Positions 18,943 through 29,507 of a stretch of 64,000 nucleotides of DNA are shown here, one piece after another. The stretch lies in sequence record OZ470804.1, one strand, 5' to 3'. Position numbers and translations under genes: made by a program. How positions within the stretch are numbered: the first letter of the stretch is position 1; each line of letters starts with the position of its first letter. Source of the DNA: a phage. Below the pieces are notes generated by a model. That model was not told the origin of the DNA. It worked only from the letters and a program-made list of their open reading frames with translations, and made no database searches.

Positions 18943-19439
18943 TTAAAGTTAAAGGTTTTGGGAGTTGTCCAACTTATGGTCACTGGATTTCACTATGTGG
19001 TGAAGTTGACCCAGCAAAGCACTTTGGTTTTGTCTACCTAGTGTACTGCAAAAAGACTGGACAGTACTATTTGGGTAAGAAACAGCTTAACAGTGTGACA
19101 AAAAGAAAAGTTGCCGGTAAGACTCGGAAGAAGGTAGTCACTAAGGAGAGTGATTGGATGACTTATGAGACTTCTTCTGAGTATATTAAAAAAGATATTG
19201 AGAGCTTTGGAAAAGAATTTTTTGACTTTTACATTATTCAGACCTACTACACAAAAGGTGGCCTAGTCTATGGTGAAGCAAACCTTCAACATAAATTCGA
19301 TGTAATGACAAAAAGGATTGACTCGAAGCTCAGACTCTTCTACAATGCCAATATTGCAGCAATTAAGTTTATTACTAAAGAAACTTATGAAGATGCTGAA
19401 AAAAGAATCCATAAGGTAATGAAAGCAAATTGTGCTTGA
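18939..19439 (+). CDS. hypothetical protein
   Basis: 166 aa ORF. Confidence 0.5.
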   Translation: MIKVKGFGSCPTYGHWISLCGEVDPAKHFGFVYLVYCKKTGQYYLGKKQLNSVTKRKVAGKTRKKVVTKESDWMTYETSSEYIKKDIESFGKEFFDFYIIQTYYTKGGLVYGEANLQHKFDVMTKRIDSKLRLFYNANIAAIKFITKETYEDAEKRIHKVMKANCA

Positions 19440-19445
19440 TAACTA

Positions 19446-19691
19446 TTGAGAGAGAATAAAATGTTTAACAAAAGCAAAGCTGTGAGTCATGTAGCAAAAG
19501 TTGACAGTAAGATTGAAGAACTTGAGCGCATTCTTGCAAATGCTAAAGAGTCAATAATTAAAGAAGTTGAAGCTGTTGAATCTCAAATGCAGCACCTAAT
19601 GCTTAAACGCCAAGAGCTACGTGAGCATCTGGAATATATTGAAACACGAGAGCTAAAGGTTAACAGATTTTTAAGGAGTCCAAATGTTTAA
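19446..19691 (+). CDS. hypothetical coiled-coil protein
   Basis: 81 aa ORF. Confidence 0.45.
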   Translation: MRENKMFNKSKAVSHVAKVDSKIEELERILANAKESIIKEVEAVESQMQHLMLKRQELREHLEYIETRELKVNRFLRSPNV

Positions 19692-20439
19692 CTCAAGAGA
19701 AGCAGTAAAAAACTGGAATCTTCGTTGTGGAAACACTCAAAAGCAACCTTACAGTGATGAGTATTGGGAATCTTTAAAATCCCAGTCTCTGTGTATGCTT
19801 GAAGAAGCAAAAGAGCTTGTAAAAGCAATTGAAGAGAAAGACCCCATTGAGACACTGGATGCTCAGGCAGATTTGCAATATGTTCTTGATGGTCTGATTT
19901 ATCTGTCACAACATGACCATAACGGTGCTATGAAAGCTGTTTGCCATAATAATGACCTGAAGTACACAGATGACTATGAAGAGGCTTTAAAACGTCTTGC
20001 AGACATTGAAAAGCGTACTGGTCAAGAGTGTATCATCAGAATGTCAGTGGTTGATGGTAAAGAGTGGTATGCGATTGTCCGTGCAGCCGATGGGAAGATT
20101 ATGAAGCAATCAAATCTCCCTAAAGTACAGCTTGGTGAATACATTGTAGAACTTGAAAGCCAAGAACTTTTTGTGGTAGTATCTGAGACATGCGTTATCT
20201 GCAAAGGTATTGTAGGTAGCTTAAAGGATTTGGGTGTAGATGGTTTTGTAGAAGTTAATCCAATTACCTCTAAAGCAGATAAAGATTTCTGTAAAGAGAA
20301 TGGACTATGGATTGCAGATATTGTCTACTATGATGGTGAGCAGTTCCATGTAACCTCATACCCGAAACTGAATTATGATGCTAATAACCTGAAGTGCTGG
20401 TTAAAAGGGGTTGGTTATAATGGATTCACAGAACATTAA
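19684..20439 (+). CDS. hypothetical protein
   Basis: 251 aa ORF. Confidence 0.5.
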   Translation: MFNSREAVKNWNLRCGNTQKQPYSDEYWESLKSQSLCMLEEAKELVKAIEEKDPIETLDAQADLQYVLDGLIYLSQHDHNGAMKAVCHNNDLKYTDDYEEALKRLADIEKRTGQECIIRMSVVDGKEWYAIVRAADGKIMKQSNLPKVQLGEYIVELESQELFVVVSETCVICKGIVGSLKDLGVDGFVEVNPITSKADKDFCKENGLWIADIVYYDGEQFHVTSYPKLNYDANNLKCWLKGVGYNGFTEH

Positions 20440-20743
20440 TAAAGAGGGTGTGGCTCAGAAGAGCCACTTCTCAAACTACAATATTTCTATGACGGTGTTT
20501 ATGAATGACCCGTTACTAGAAAAATATGGTGAGACTCCAGATACACTTCTGGACAATGAACAAGTTTTAAAAGCAGTCCTGTACAAATATGGGATTGATA
20601 TTGAGAAAGAGTATTCTTTTGAAATCTGTCAACACAGGAATACTTTCGGTAAAGTTGTGATGGCTCCGCTCTTTATTGGTGTAGAAAGGACTGACTATGG
20701 TTGGTTGTATCTGAAAAGAAACTTGGAGAAATACCGTGTTTAA
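20411..20743 (+). CDS. hypothetical protein
   Basis: 110 aa ORF. Confidence 0.45.
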   Translation: MVIMDSQNINKEGVAQKSHFSNYNISMTVFMNDPLLEKYGETPDTLLDNEQVLKAVLYKYGIDIEKEYSFEICQHRNTFGKVVMAPLFIGVERTDYGWLYLKRNLEKYRV

Positions 20744-21074
20744 AGCAAAGAAGTTAGATTACGATGCCATTATCTCTGGTGCTAAGTTAGGTGTTGATAG
20801 TATCGGACAAGATGTTAAGCACGGGGACACAGTTATGTACTGTGATGACCGAAGAGGCAGAAGTGCAATCTTGTTTGGGAGAATTGTTTGCAAGATGCGA
20901 GGTAATTACGTTGTTGCAGACATGGATGTGAACGTTACACAAAAACTTGAAACACTTATGGATGATAATACATCATCATGGTTCTCCCTGAATTGTATGC
21001 ACACTTCTTCAGTCACAAAAGTAAGTGATAAGTTTTACGATATGTGGCAGAATGAGCAAATTTTCAAGATTTAA
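20736..21074 (+). CDS. hypothetical protein
   Basis: 112 aa ORF followed by terminator. Confidence 0.5.
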   Translation: MFKAKKLDYDAIISGAKLGVDSIGQDVKHGDTVMYCDDRRGRSAILFGRIVCKMRGNYVVADMDVNVTQKLETLMDDNTSSWFSLNCMHTSSVTKVSDKFYDMWQNEQIFKI

Positions 21075-21077
21075 ACT

Positions 21078-21104
21078 AGGGAGCCTCTTCGGAGGCTCTT
21101 TTCA
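21078..21104 (+). terminator. intrinsic terminator
   Basis: GAGCCTC-TTCG-GAGGCTC hairpin followed by TTTT. Confidence 0.7.
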
Positions 21105-21120
21105 TCTGTAGGATTCAAAA

Positions 21121-23355
21121 ATGATTAAGACAATTAAAAAATCAAACGGTACAGTAGTAAACTTTGACCCAGAAAGATTGAATAAGTGGGCATCATGGGC
21201 AGATAAGCGTGGAATTATCTGGTCAGAAGTCACTATGGAAGCCATGAAACGTGTCTATGAAGGTTGCACTACAAAAGAGATGCACCAAGCCATGATTGAT
21301 GTTTGTGTTGATAAGCAAACTCAAGAGTACTCAGACATGGCTGGACGGCTACTTCTGGGAATTATCTACAAAGAAGCCTTTGGAGGCTTTACTAAGGTTC
21401 CTACGCTGGTTACCTTCGTTAAAAATATGGAGAGAGCAGGACTTTGGGAGAAGATGGACTATTCTCAGGAAGAGCTTGAATACCTGCAAGGGTACATTGT
21501 GCACTCAAAAGATATCTCTTATGGTTATGCAGTCCTGAAACAGTTTAGAGACAAGTATGGTATCCGTGATATTAAAACGGGAAGACTTTTTGAGTCACCA
21601 CAGTTTATGTTTATGGGTATGGCTATGAAAGCCTTTGAGAAGCAACCAAAGCACCGTAGACTGCAAGATATTATCAAACTGTACACTTACCTATCTGACC
21701 TGAAGATTAATGCTCCTACGCCTTATCTGAATGGTTTAAGAGCTACTAAATCAGGTTATGCGTCATGCTGTTTGATTAAGGCGAATGATACTGCTGAATC
21801 ACTTGGTATCGCTGCAAAGGTTGCTTATGATATGACTACAAAGCAAGCTGGTATTGGGATGCTGATGGAGACTCGTACTATTGGTGATGGTATCCGTCAA
21901 AATACTATTGAGCACATGGGTAAGCTGCCTTATTACAAGCTTGTACGTTCATCTGTAGAGGCAAACAAACAAAAGAGCCGTGGTGGTTCAGCTAACAACT
22001 TCTACACTGCTCTAGACCCGCAGATTGAAGATTTACTGCGTTTGAAGCACCCTACAACGGTTCCTTCGAAACGTATTAACGAGATGGACTACTCGTTTGG
22101 TACAAATGATTATTTCTGGCAGTGTGTTCAATATGATACAGACTGGTTGCTATTCTCTTACAAGGACGCACCAAAGCTCTATGACATGTTCTACACAGCA
22201 TCTGCTGATGAGTTTGCTATGGCAGTTGGTCACGCAGTCCATTCAGGTGTTAAGCACAGACGAGTAAAGGCTCGTGAAATTGCTAAACTGTTTATCCAGC
22301 AGCGTTATGCAACAGGCCGTGTGTACCCATTCTTCACGAATAATGCAAACACACATACACCATTTAAAGAACCTTTGAAGATGTCAAATCTTTGTATGGA
22401 AATTGTGTTGCCAGTGTACGGCTTTGAGAAAGAGACAGACCTTTACAGAGACGATGCTGTGAAAGAGGATGGTGAGGTAGCTCTTTGCTTCCTAGCTAGT
22501 TTGGTTGCAGGGAGAATTTCAGAAGATGAATACGCTGACGTTGCTTATTATGCTCTTGCAATGGTTGACTCCGTTATTGACCTTATGGATTATCCGTATC
22601 CGTCGATGCGCAACCATGTTCAGAAGCGTCGTTCTGTTGGGATTGGCCTTACAAATGTGGCTCATTACCTTGCAAAAAACTACGTGAACTACTCTTCAAG
22701 AGCAGGTAAGACGAAGCTTCATGAGCTTGCTGAAATGCACTCTTACTACTTACACGAAGCTTCTTTAAGACTTGCTAAAGAACGTGGTGTACCTGAGTAT
22801 ATGCAGTTCACTAAGTATCCTGAAGGTTGGGTTCCTCCGAAGACAGCTAACAGGAAGATTGATGAGAAGCATGATGCAAAACTTCGTTATGATTGGGATG
22901 ACTTAGCACAACGTATTAAAGAAAATGGTGGAATCCGTAACTCTGTATTAGAAGCTTACATGCCTAATGAGAGTTCTTCACTGGCAACTAATACGACAAA
23001 TGGCTTGTATCCAATTCGTGACTTTATTTTAACTAAAAAGTCTGCAACTGGTAACGTACTGTTTATTGTTCCAGATTACGAAGAGTTGAAGTATGTCTAT
23101 GAAATTGCTTGGGATATTGACACCTTTGACCTGATTGATTGCTATGCAATTGTTCAAAAGTTCACTGGTCAAGCTATCTCTTCAGATTTCTATGTTGACT
23201 ACGCAAAAGCTAAGAAGGTATCATTGGCTCAAGCTTTGAAGTACATGATTTATGCCAACTCAGTAGGTATGAAAACCATGTACTACCTTAACAGCCGCAT
23301 TGGTGTAGGTAAATCTGCACTACAAGATGCTTATTGCGAGGGTTGTGGTGTTTAG
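21121..23355 (+). CDS. nrdA: ribonucleotide reductase class Ia alpha subunit
   Basis: 744 aa; N-terminal ATP-cone-like region, C-terminal CEGCGV tail. Confidence 0.85.
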   Translation: MIKTIKKSNGTVVNFDPERLNKWASWADKRGIIWSEVTMEAMKRVYEGCTTKEMHQAMIDVCVDKQTQEYSDMAGRLLLGIIYKEAFGGFTKVPTLVTFVKNMERAGLWEKMDYSQEELEYLQGYIVHSKDISYGYAVLKQFRDKYGIRDIKTGRLFESPQFMFMGMAMKAFEKQPKHRRLQDIIKLYTYLSDLKINAPTPYLNGLRATKSGYASCCLIKANDTAESLGIAAKVAYDMTTKQAGIGMLMETRTIGDGIRQNTIEHMGKLPYYKLVRSSVEANKQKSRGGSANNFYTALDPQIEDLLRLKHPTTVPSKRINEMDYSFGTNDYFWQCVQYDTDWLLFSYKDAPKLYDMFYTASADEFAMAVGHAVHSGVKHRRVKAREIAKLFIQQRYATGRVYPFFTNNANTHTPFKEPLKMSNLCMEIVLPVYGFEKETDLYRDDAVKEDGEVALCFLASLVAGRISEDEYADVAYYALAMVDSVIDLMDYPYPSMRNHVQKRRSVGIGLTNVAHYLAKNYVNYSSRAGKTKLHELAEMHSYYLHEASLRLAKERGVPEYMQFTKYPEGWVPPKTANRKIDEKHDAKLRYDWDDLAQRIKENGGIRNSVLEAYMPNESSSLATNTTNGLYPIRDFILTKKSATGNVLFIVPDYEELKYVYEIAWDIDTFDLIDCYAIVQKFTGQAISSDFYVDYAKAKKVSLAQALKYMIYANSVGMKTMYYLNSRIGVGKSALQDAYCEGCGV

Positions 23356-23410
23356 TTTTAATAACTATGAGGGTCGTAAAAGACCCTCTAAAATTAACTT
23401 TGGAGAAACT

Positions 23411-23668
23411 ATGAAAGACTTAATAGAAAAACATGAGAGACCAATATACTTGTTCTACAAACCCCGCAAAACATTATACTACGTGAGCAGCACAGGCATC
23501 ATGATAAAGCAGAATGACGACTTATGGGTCACTGGAGCCTCTTACATCTCTACAGCAGATGGTAAAATCTACGCAAGACCTTATGAGATGTTCAATGAAG
23601 AAAATTGGGAAGTTTTAGACAGAAAACAAGCCTTAGAGATGATAAAGAAAGGAGAAATCACGCTATGA
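23411..23668 (+). CDS. hypothetical protein
   Basis: ORF-track ORF trimmed to Met with GGAG RBS; ATGA overlap with nrdB start. Confidence 0.4.
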   Translation: MKDLIEKHERPIYLFYKPRKTLYYVSSTGIMIKQNDDLWVTGASYISTADGKIYARPYEMFNEENWEVLDRKQALEMIKKGEITL

Positions 23669-24738
23669 TTAACCAACACCCAATCTTTTTAGGTGGTGAG
23701 AGAAAAACATTCGACTCACTTAATAAGCACTACCCAAAAATCTTTGAGCTATATAAACAACAAAAAGCACAAGACTGGTCAGAAGATGAGTTCCCTTTTG
23801 AACAATCACGTCTTGATTTTGAGAGTGTACCAGCATCAATGTCAGGTGTAATGCTTGAGATTCTTAAGTGGCAATGGGAAGCAGATACCCAAGTTGCTAA
23901 GAGCTTAGCGTTTGCCTTTGCGCCATTCATCTCTGATGACATTTATGCAACTGCAATTATGAAGCAGTCTGAGATTGAAAACCTACATGCTCTTACTTAC
24001 TCGGAGATTGTAAGACAATGTATTAAAAACCCTGAAACAATCTTAGATGAGATTAACCAGAACATTGCTGTACAAGACCGATTAAAAACTGTGAATCGCG
24101 TTCTTGAAGAATTGCTGGACGAAGGCATAAACTATCGGCTGAGCTATGTCCGTGACTCGCTTCTGGACAAAGACCCTTTACACTTCCATAAAGTGATTCT
24201 AAAAGGTCTATTTGCAGTTACTGCACTTGAAGGTATTTCTTTTATGGCATCCTTTGCATGTACTTTTGCACTTGATGCTCAAGATAAATTTCAAGGTATT
24301 GCTCAAGCTGTCCAGAAAATTATGCTTGACGAAATCCTTCACACTAAAATTGATATTGAAGTTTTAAAAGAAACTCTAAGAGATGATGAGTGGCAAAAAG
24401 CTTTCCAACAAATTCTTCCAGAGATTAAAGTAATCTTAGATGAAGTAGTTGAAAGTGAAGAAAAATGGTCGTATTATATCTTCTCCGAAGGACGTGCTGT
24501 AGTTGGGTTGAATACAAAGCTTCTTCATGAGTGGGTTTACTATAATGCTGCCCCACTGTATGATATGTTTGGCATTCCCAGAGATTTTGTAGCTCCTAAA
24601 GAACCACCTTTGAAGTATATGATTAAGAAGATGGAAATTGATAAAGAGCAGAATGCTAATCAGGAGCAACAGAACGGTGCGTATTTATTGAATACTGTTG
24701 TCGATGATTTGAATAGTGGATTTTTAGAGGTTCCTTAA
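23665..24738 (+). CDS. nrdB: ribonucleotide reductase class Ia beta subunit
   Basis: start taken at MINQHPIF with AAAGGAG RBS; di-iron ligand region and position after nrdA. Confidence 0.8.
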   Translation: MINQHPIFLGGERKTFDSLNKHYPKIFELYKQQKAQDWSEDEFPFEQSRLDFESVPASMSGVMLEILKWQWEADTQVAKSLAFAFAPFISDDIYATAIMKQSEIENLHALTYSEIVRQCIKNPETILDEINQNIAVQDRLKTVNRVLEELLDEGINYRLSYVRDSLLDKDPLHFHKVILKGLFAVTALEGISFMASFACTFALDAQDKFQGIAQAVQKIMLDEILHTKIDIEVLKETLRDDEWQKAFQQILPEIKVILDEVVESEEKWSYYIFSEGRAVVGLNTKLLHEWVYYNAAPLYDMFGIPRDFVAPKEPPLKYMIKKMEIDKEQNANQEQQNGAYLLNTVVDDLNSGFLEVP

Positions 24739-24980
24739 TGACTTATGTAATTTACTCCAAAACTGGATGCCCTCAGTGTGAGACTGCAAAGAATTTTGCA
24801 AAAGCTCGTGGTATTGACCATGTTGTGAGAATGTTAGGGCAGGATTATGAACTGTCAGACCTGATGGATATTGCACAGATGCCAGTTCGTCAGATGCCAT
24901 TCATCATGAAAACTGATGGTCAAAATCTAAAACCTGTTGGAACGCTACAGAATTTTATGGCAGAGGTGAATAATGCTTAA
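24738..24980 (+). CDS. glutaredoxin-like protein (NrdC/NrdH type)
   Basis: CPQC active-site motif near N-terminus, 80 aa, directly downstream of nrdB. Confidence 0.7.
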   Translation: MTYVIYSKTGCPQCETAKNFAKARGIDHVVRMLGQDYELSDLMDIAQMPVRQMPFIMKTDGQNLKPVGTLQNFMAEVNNA

Positions 24981-25179
24981 ACGCCTTTGGGAAGGCTTGG
25001 TTGTTGATGCACCAGCCATTGTGATTGGTATGCTTATTGTTAACCTATTTACTGATTTTGAACAAGGTTCATTGTTTGGAGCCATGTTACTATGGGTTAT
25101 CTTTGAAATATTAGAGATACAGCTAGGCATCACTGAAAAACTAAGAAAACTCGTTTCAAAGTTTTCTAAAAAGATTTAA
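24973..25179 (+). CDS. small membrane protein
   Basis: two hydrophobic segments. Confidence 0.4.
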   Translation: MLKRLWEGLVVDAPAIVIGMLIVNLFTDFEQGSLFGAMLLWVIFEILEIQLGITEKLRKLVSKFSKKI

Positions 25180-25186
25180 AATGAAA

Positions 25187-25208
25187 GGGTCTCTTCGGAG
25201 ACCTTTTT
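25187..25208 (+). terminator. intrinsic terminator
   Basis: GGTCTC-TTCG-GAGACC hairpin followed by TTTTT. Confidence 0.7.
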
Positions 25209-25227
25209 AGCATGTAAAGGGGCAATA

Positions 25228-27372
25228 ATGAACAAAGTACAGATTATTAAAAAGAATGGCTCACTTGAAGAACCTGATATCAAAAAAGTTTTAGCAGCAG
25301 TAACTAAGTCAGCTAACAGGGTTGGGTATAAAGAACTTCCACCAGATGTTATCCAAGCTCTTGAGTCAGCATTTATGAGGATTCTGGTAAAGTCCACTAA
25401 GCAGAATAATTTGCTCATCTCGGTAAATGACATTCACAGTATTGTTGAGGGTGCTTTGGCAGAAGTCAATCACGAGATTTATGAGTCTTACTCAACATAT
25501 AGAAATTACCGTAAAGAGGTTGCTCAAAATTGGGATGAGCTTTACCAAAAGACTAAAGACACACTCTTCTTAGGTGACCGTGAAAATGCTAACTTTGACA
25601 GCAGTTTAATTTCTACAAAAGGTTCAATTATTCGTGGCTATCTGACTAAAGAAATCTTTAAACAATACCATTTAACACCAGAGGAACTCGAAGCCATTGA
25701 AAAAGGGTTTATCTACATCCATGACTTAAGAGACCTAATTTTTGGTGGTATCAACTGTTGCCTGTTTGACATCGGTAAAGTACTGAAAGGTGGCTTTGAA
25801 ATGTCTGGCATTGAATACTGTGAACCGAAGTCTGTGCTGTCAGCCTTACAGGTTATTGGTGATGTAGTTCTTTCAGCAACTGCACAGCAATTTGGTGGAT
25901 TTACTTTAGCAGAGATTGATAAGGTGCTTGTACCGTATGCTAAGAAGTCTCTACGCTATCATGCTGAGAAAGCAGCATCTTACGGTATTCCTAAAGAACA
26001 TTACCATAACTATGTCATGGAGCAGCTACAGATTGAATTAACTCAAGGCTTCCAGTCACTAGAGATGAAGCTAAATACTGTACCTTGTAGCCGTGGTGAT
26101 TTCGCATTCACAACTTTAACATTTGGTTTACTTGACTCAGATATGTCTAATGAAGACAACCGACTACAATACATGATTGCAAACACTATTCTTGATGTTC
26201 GCATGAATGGGCAAGGTAAGAGTAAGAAGCCCGTTGTATTCCCTAAACTGGTTTATATTCATGACCAGAAGAGACACGATGAGAATATCTGTCAAGGCCA
26301 ACTGTACAGTAAAGCTATTGAGTGTTGCTCTAAAGCTATGTATCCAGATTTCTTAAGTGTATCTGGTCACGGTGCTGTAGCAGAGGCTTTTGAGCGTTCT
26401 GGCAAGGTAATTTCACCGATGGGTTGCAGAGCTTTCTTATCCCCATATCTTAACGAGAATGGAGAAGAGTTCTACGTTGGTCGTGCTAACATTGGTGCTG
26501 TATCTTTGAACTTACCAATGATTTACCAGTATTCTAAAGAGAATGGTTTAGATTTCTGGAAAGAGCTTGATAAGTACCTAGAAATGATTCGCAGCTTCCA
26601 TAAGAAACGTTACGAAATGATTGCCAATATGCCAGCAAGTTCTAACCCTCTTGCATTCACACAAGGAGGATTGTACAAAGGAACTAAGAAACCTACTGAC
26701 AAGGTTGGTTGGGATATCGTGAAGTCCTTCACAGCTTCTTTTGGGGTTACTGCTCTTGATGAGTTATCTGTTCTTGCTGAAGGTAAACGACTTCATGAAG
26801 TTGGAAGTTCTAGTTTTGCATACGATGTTCTAGCATACATTAACATGAAAACTGAAGAGTTTAAGAATGAAGATGGCTTCCTGTATGCAGTATATGGCAC
26901 TCCAGCAGAGTCATTGTGTGGAACTCAGCTAAAACAGTTCAGAGATATGTTTGGTGTTATTAAAGGAGTTTCTGACAAGGAATATTTTACAAACAGTTTC
27001 CATATGAATGTTGCAGCAGATATCTCACCATTTGAGAAGCAGGACTTAGAAGAGCCATTCTTCCATATCTGTAGAGGCGGCAGAATCCAGTATGTGAGAG
27101 TAGCTAACCCAGAAAACTTACCAGCACTTAAAAGTTGTATTACAAGAGGGATGTTGAAGGGTTTTTATCAGGGACTTAACTTTGACTTAGCAATCTGTGA
27201 ACATTGTGGTAACAGGCCAAAGGCTGATGTTGAAGAATGTGAGGTTTGCCATTCACATGATATCTCTGTGATTAACAGAGTGTGTGGGTATCTTGGGTGG
27301 ACTAAGATTAAAGGTGAATCCCGAATGAATGATGCAAAAATTGCTGAGATTCGTGACAGGGTTTCTATGTAA
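25228..27372 (+). CDS. nrdD: anaerobic ribonucleotide reductase large subunit
   Basis: C-terminal zinc ribbon CEHCGN..CEVCHS and glycyl-radical motif RVCGYLG. Confidence 0.85.
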   Translation: MNKVQIIKKNGSLEEPDIKKVLAAVTKSANRVGYKELPPDVIQALESAFMRILVKSTKQNNLLISVNDIHSIVEGALAEVNHEIYESYSTYRNYRKEVAQNWDELYQKTKDTLFLGDRENANFDSSLISTKGSIIRGYLTKEIFKQYHLTPEELEAIEKGFIYIHDLRDLIFGGINCCLFDIGKVLKGGFEMSGIEYCEPKSVLSALQVIGDVVLSATAQQFGGFTLAEIDKVLVPYAKKSLRYHAEKAASYGIPKEHYHNYVMEQLQIELTQGFQSLEMKLNTVPCSRGDFAFTTLTFGLLDSDMSNEDNRLQYMIANTILDVRMNGQGKSKKPVVFPKLVYIHDQKRHDENICQGQLYSKAIECCSKAMYPDFLSVSGHGAVAEAFERSGKVISPMGCRAFLSPYLNENGEEFYVGRANIGAVSLNLPMIYQYSKENGLDFWKELDKYLEMIRSFHKKRYEMIANMPASSNPLAFTQGGLYKGTKKPTDKVGWDIVKSFTASFGVTALDELSVLAEGKRLHEVGSSSFAYDVLAYINMKTEEFKNEDGFLYAVYGTPAESLCGTQLKQFRDMFGVIKGVSDKEYFTNSFHMNVAADISPFEKQDLEEPFFHICRGGRIQYVRVANPENLPALKSCITRGMLKGFYQGLNFDLAICEHCGNRPKADVEECEVCHSHDISVINRVCGYLGWTKIKGESRMNDAKIAEIRDRVSM

Positions 27373-27526
27373 AACTTGACAAGGTGGTGTGAGTCTTGAT
27401 AGGCTTACATCATCTTTTTTATTGGATGTTAGATATGGCAGAGAGCATCATTGGCCTGTTCATAGGTTCTGTTTTACTAGGGTTCTTTTTAGGACTCTCT
27501 TATTGTGAGTTGAGAGATAAGTTAAA

Positions 27527-27727
27527 ATGTTTAAAATATCAAAAACATTGATATACATACTCCACATTCTAATCTTCTTCTTTGGGGTTAGTGTTATGGT
27601 ATGGGGTTTTTCAGACCCACAATGGAGTTTCGCATATCATGGTCAGATGGATTTATGGTCATGCTTCAAACCATTTTTAGGGTTAGCTATAGCATTCAGT
27701 GCATTACCAACTAAGGTGAAATTATGA
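27527..27727 (+). CDS. small membrane protein
   Basis: hydrophobic 66 aa ORF. Confidence 0.4.
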   Translation: MFKISKTLIYILHILIFFFGVSVMVWGFSDPQWSFAYHGQMDLWSCFKPFLGLAIAFSALPTKVKL

Positions 27728-28119
27728 TTAAGCTCAACCAGAAACAGTTAGAGTGGATTAAAGATTATGCCTCAGAGTGTGGCTCTTGTGAGAAGAATCA
27801 CGTAAGGTACTCAACATTCCATACAGTTTTCACATTGTATATCAGTGACAACGTTCTAAGTGATTCCGTAGAAGACGGTGTAGCGTTACCTAATGAATTA
27901 CTTGACAAATTAGCTGTAGTCACTGGAACTTGGTCTGAAGAAGATGGTCATGAACTATCTGGTGATGTTGTCTTCTACACCCTTGAAAACATCATGAATC
28001 CAGAGTACATTATGCTAATGACTTGTGCACAAGACTGTGTGCCACTACAGGACTTCATTAAAGAACACTGTGAAGAATTTATTACTAAACAGGTTCCTTG
28101 TCAGGTGGTGTTTGAATAA
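27724..28119 (+). CDS. hypothetical protein
   Basis: 131 aa ORF, Cys-rich. Confidence 0.45.
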   Translation: MIKLNQKQLEWIKDYASECGSCEKNHVRYSTFHTVFTLYISDNVLSDSVEDGVALPNELLDKLAVVTGTWSEEDGHELSGDVVFYTLENIMNPEYIMLMTCAQDCVPLQDFIKEHCEEFITKQVPCQVVFE

Positions 28120-28154
28120 GTAAAAGGTTTAAATAATATTGGTGAGGTAACGAG

Positions 28155-28640
28155 ATGAATTACATGGAGATTCGACCATTTGACACAGCTAATGGTGAAG
28201 GGGTTCGTGTAAGCCTCTTCGTAGCTGGCTGTAAACATCACTGTGAAGGCTGCTTTAACAGGGAGTCTTGGAAGTTTAATGCTGGTAAAGAGTTTACTTA
28301 TGCAAATCTCTACGGCATCATTAAGTTAATGGATGATGAGGCCATCAGTGGGTTGTCAATACTTGGTGGAGAGCCTCTTGATGATAGAAACATTCAAGAG
28401 GTCACTAACATATGTAAACGTATTAAAACTGTTTACCCAGAAAAATCTATCTGGCTCTGGACAGGTTTTCAGTTACACGAAAAAATCCACCTAGAGGTGA
28501 TGAAATATGTTGACGTGGTGATTGATGGTAAGTATGATTCTTCTAAACCAACAGTTAAACCATATCGTGGTTCTGATAACCAAAACCTCTGGAGAAAAGA
28601 GTATGGGTGGCAAGGTGACTGCCAATGGCGAGCAGAGTAG
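28155..28640 (+). CDS. nrdG: anaerobic ribonucleotide reductase activating enzyme (radical SAM)
   Basis: CKHHCEGCFN radical-SAM cysteine motif; 161 aa. Confidence 0.8.
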   Translation: MNYMEIRPFDTANGEGVRVSLFVAGCKHHCEGCFNRESWKFNAGKEFTYANLYGIIKLMDDEAISGLSILGGEPLDDRNIQEVTNICKRIKTVYPEKSIWLWTGFQLHEKIHLEVMKYVDVVIDGKYDSSKPTVKPYRGSDNQNLWRKEYGWQGDCQWRAE

Positions 28641-28872
28641 TATAGCAGGGCTATACATATACAACAGTGAGTTATTAGATGAGTGGACTAAGTTTACATC
28701 TGATAACCACGGGAAGGATGGTTTAGAATCTCTTGCTTGTATAGTTGGAGCAGGTGTATTTCTAGTCTTAGATGAAAAGTTTGGAGAGTACTACAAAACA
28801 AACCTCTTTTGTGGAATGTGGAGAGTCGGTATTACTCCAGAAGAGTTAATCAACTTCTGTATAAAAGTTTGA
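28603..28872 (+). CDS. hypothetical protein
   Basis: ORF-track ORF trimmed to Met after GGAG RBS; overlaps nrdG 3' end. Confidence 0.3.
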   Translation: MGGKVTANGEQSSIAGLYIYNSELLDEWTKFTSDNHGKDGLESLACIVGAGVFLVLDEKFGEYYKTNLFCGMWRVGITPEELINFCIKV

Positions 28873-28883
28873 GAGATAGTGAA

Positions 28884-29141
28884 ATGGGAATCTGGAATAG
28901 TTTTAAATCAAAAGTAAAAGCAGCATTGGCATCATTAGGTATGCTCACTGGTGTTGATGTGACCCATCTTATGCAAAACTTCAAGATGGATGAGAATCTG
29001 GCTAATGAGATTATGAAAAGCATCTACGTAGGTCGTGGTAAAGGTGGTAAGAAACAAGCACATCGACCAACTGGTGCAGCAGCAATTAAACGTGCAGCTA
29101 AAAAAGCTCGTAACCGTAAACGTAACAAGAAGGCTAAATAA
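28884..29141 (+). CDS. hypothetical protein with basic C-terminal tail
   Basis: C-terminus KRAAKKARNRKRNKKAK; start chosen at MGIWNSF. Confidence 0.4.
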   Translation: MGIWNSFKSKVKAALASLGMLTGVDVTHLMQNFKMDENLANEIMKSIYVGRGKGGKKQAHRPTGAAAIKRAAKKARNRKRNKKAK

Positions 29142-29143
29142 TC

Positions 29144-29455
29144 ATGAGCAAAGTTTATAACACTCGTAAAATTCAGATTTCTGTTCTGTGTCAGTTTATG
29201 GCTGATAAACACAATTCACATTATTGTGGCACAGGTTTCCTTACTCTTGGTGGCGGTTACATTAGCTTCAAAGAGGCTGTAAAGATGTACAATGAGCACC
29301 CTGAAGATGATAAAGAGCTGAAGCAGCTTAAACTCTCTTATGATAAGAAACGTAAGAAAATAATCTGCTTGAACAACCTTATCAAGCCAACTGAAAAGGT
29401 TTATGATGCAATTGGCGAAGAAGGTTTCTTCAAAGTATTGAAATTAGTTCAGTAA
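29144..29455 (+). CDS. hypothetical protein
   Basis: 103 aa ORF followed by terminator. Confidence 0.45.
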   Translation: MSKVYNTRKIQISVLCQFMADKHNSHYCGTGFLTLGGGYISFKEAVKMYNEHPEDDKELKQLKLSYDKKRKKIICLNNLIKPTEKVYDAIGEEGFFKVLKLVQ

Positions 29456-29468
29456 GAGTCTATGATTA

Positions 29469-29494
29469 GGGAACTGTAAAGGTTCCCTTTTTTA
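29469..29494 (+). terminator. intrinsic terminator
   Basis: GGGAAC..GTTCCC hairpin followed by TTTTTT. Confidence 0.7.
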
Positions 29495-29507
29495 TTTTGG
29501 AGATAAT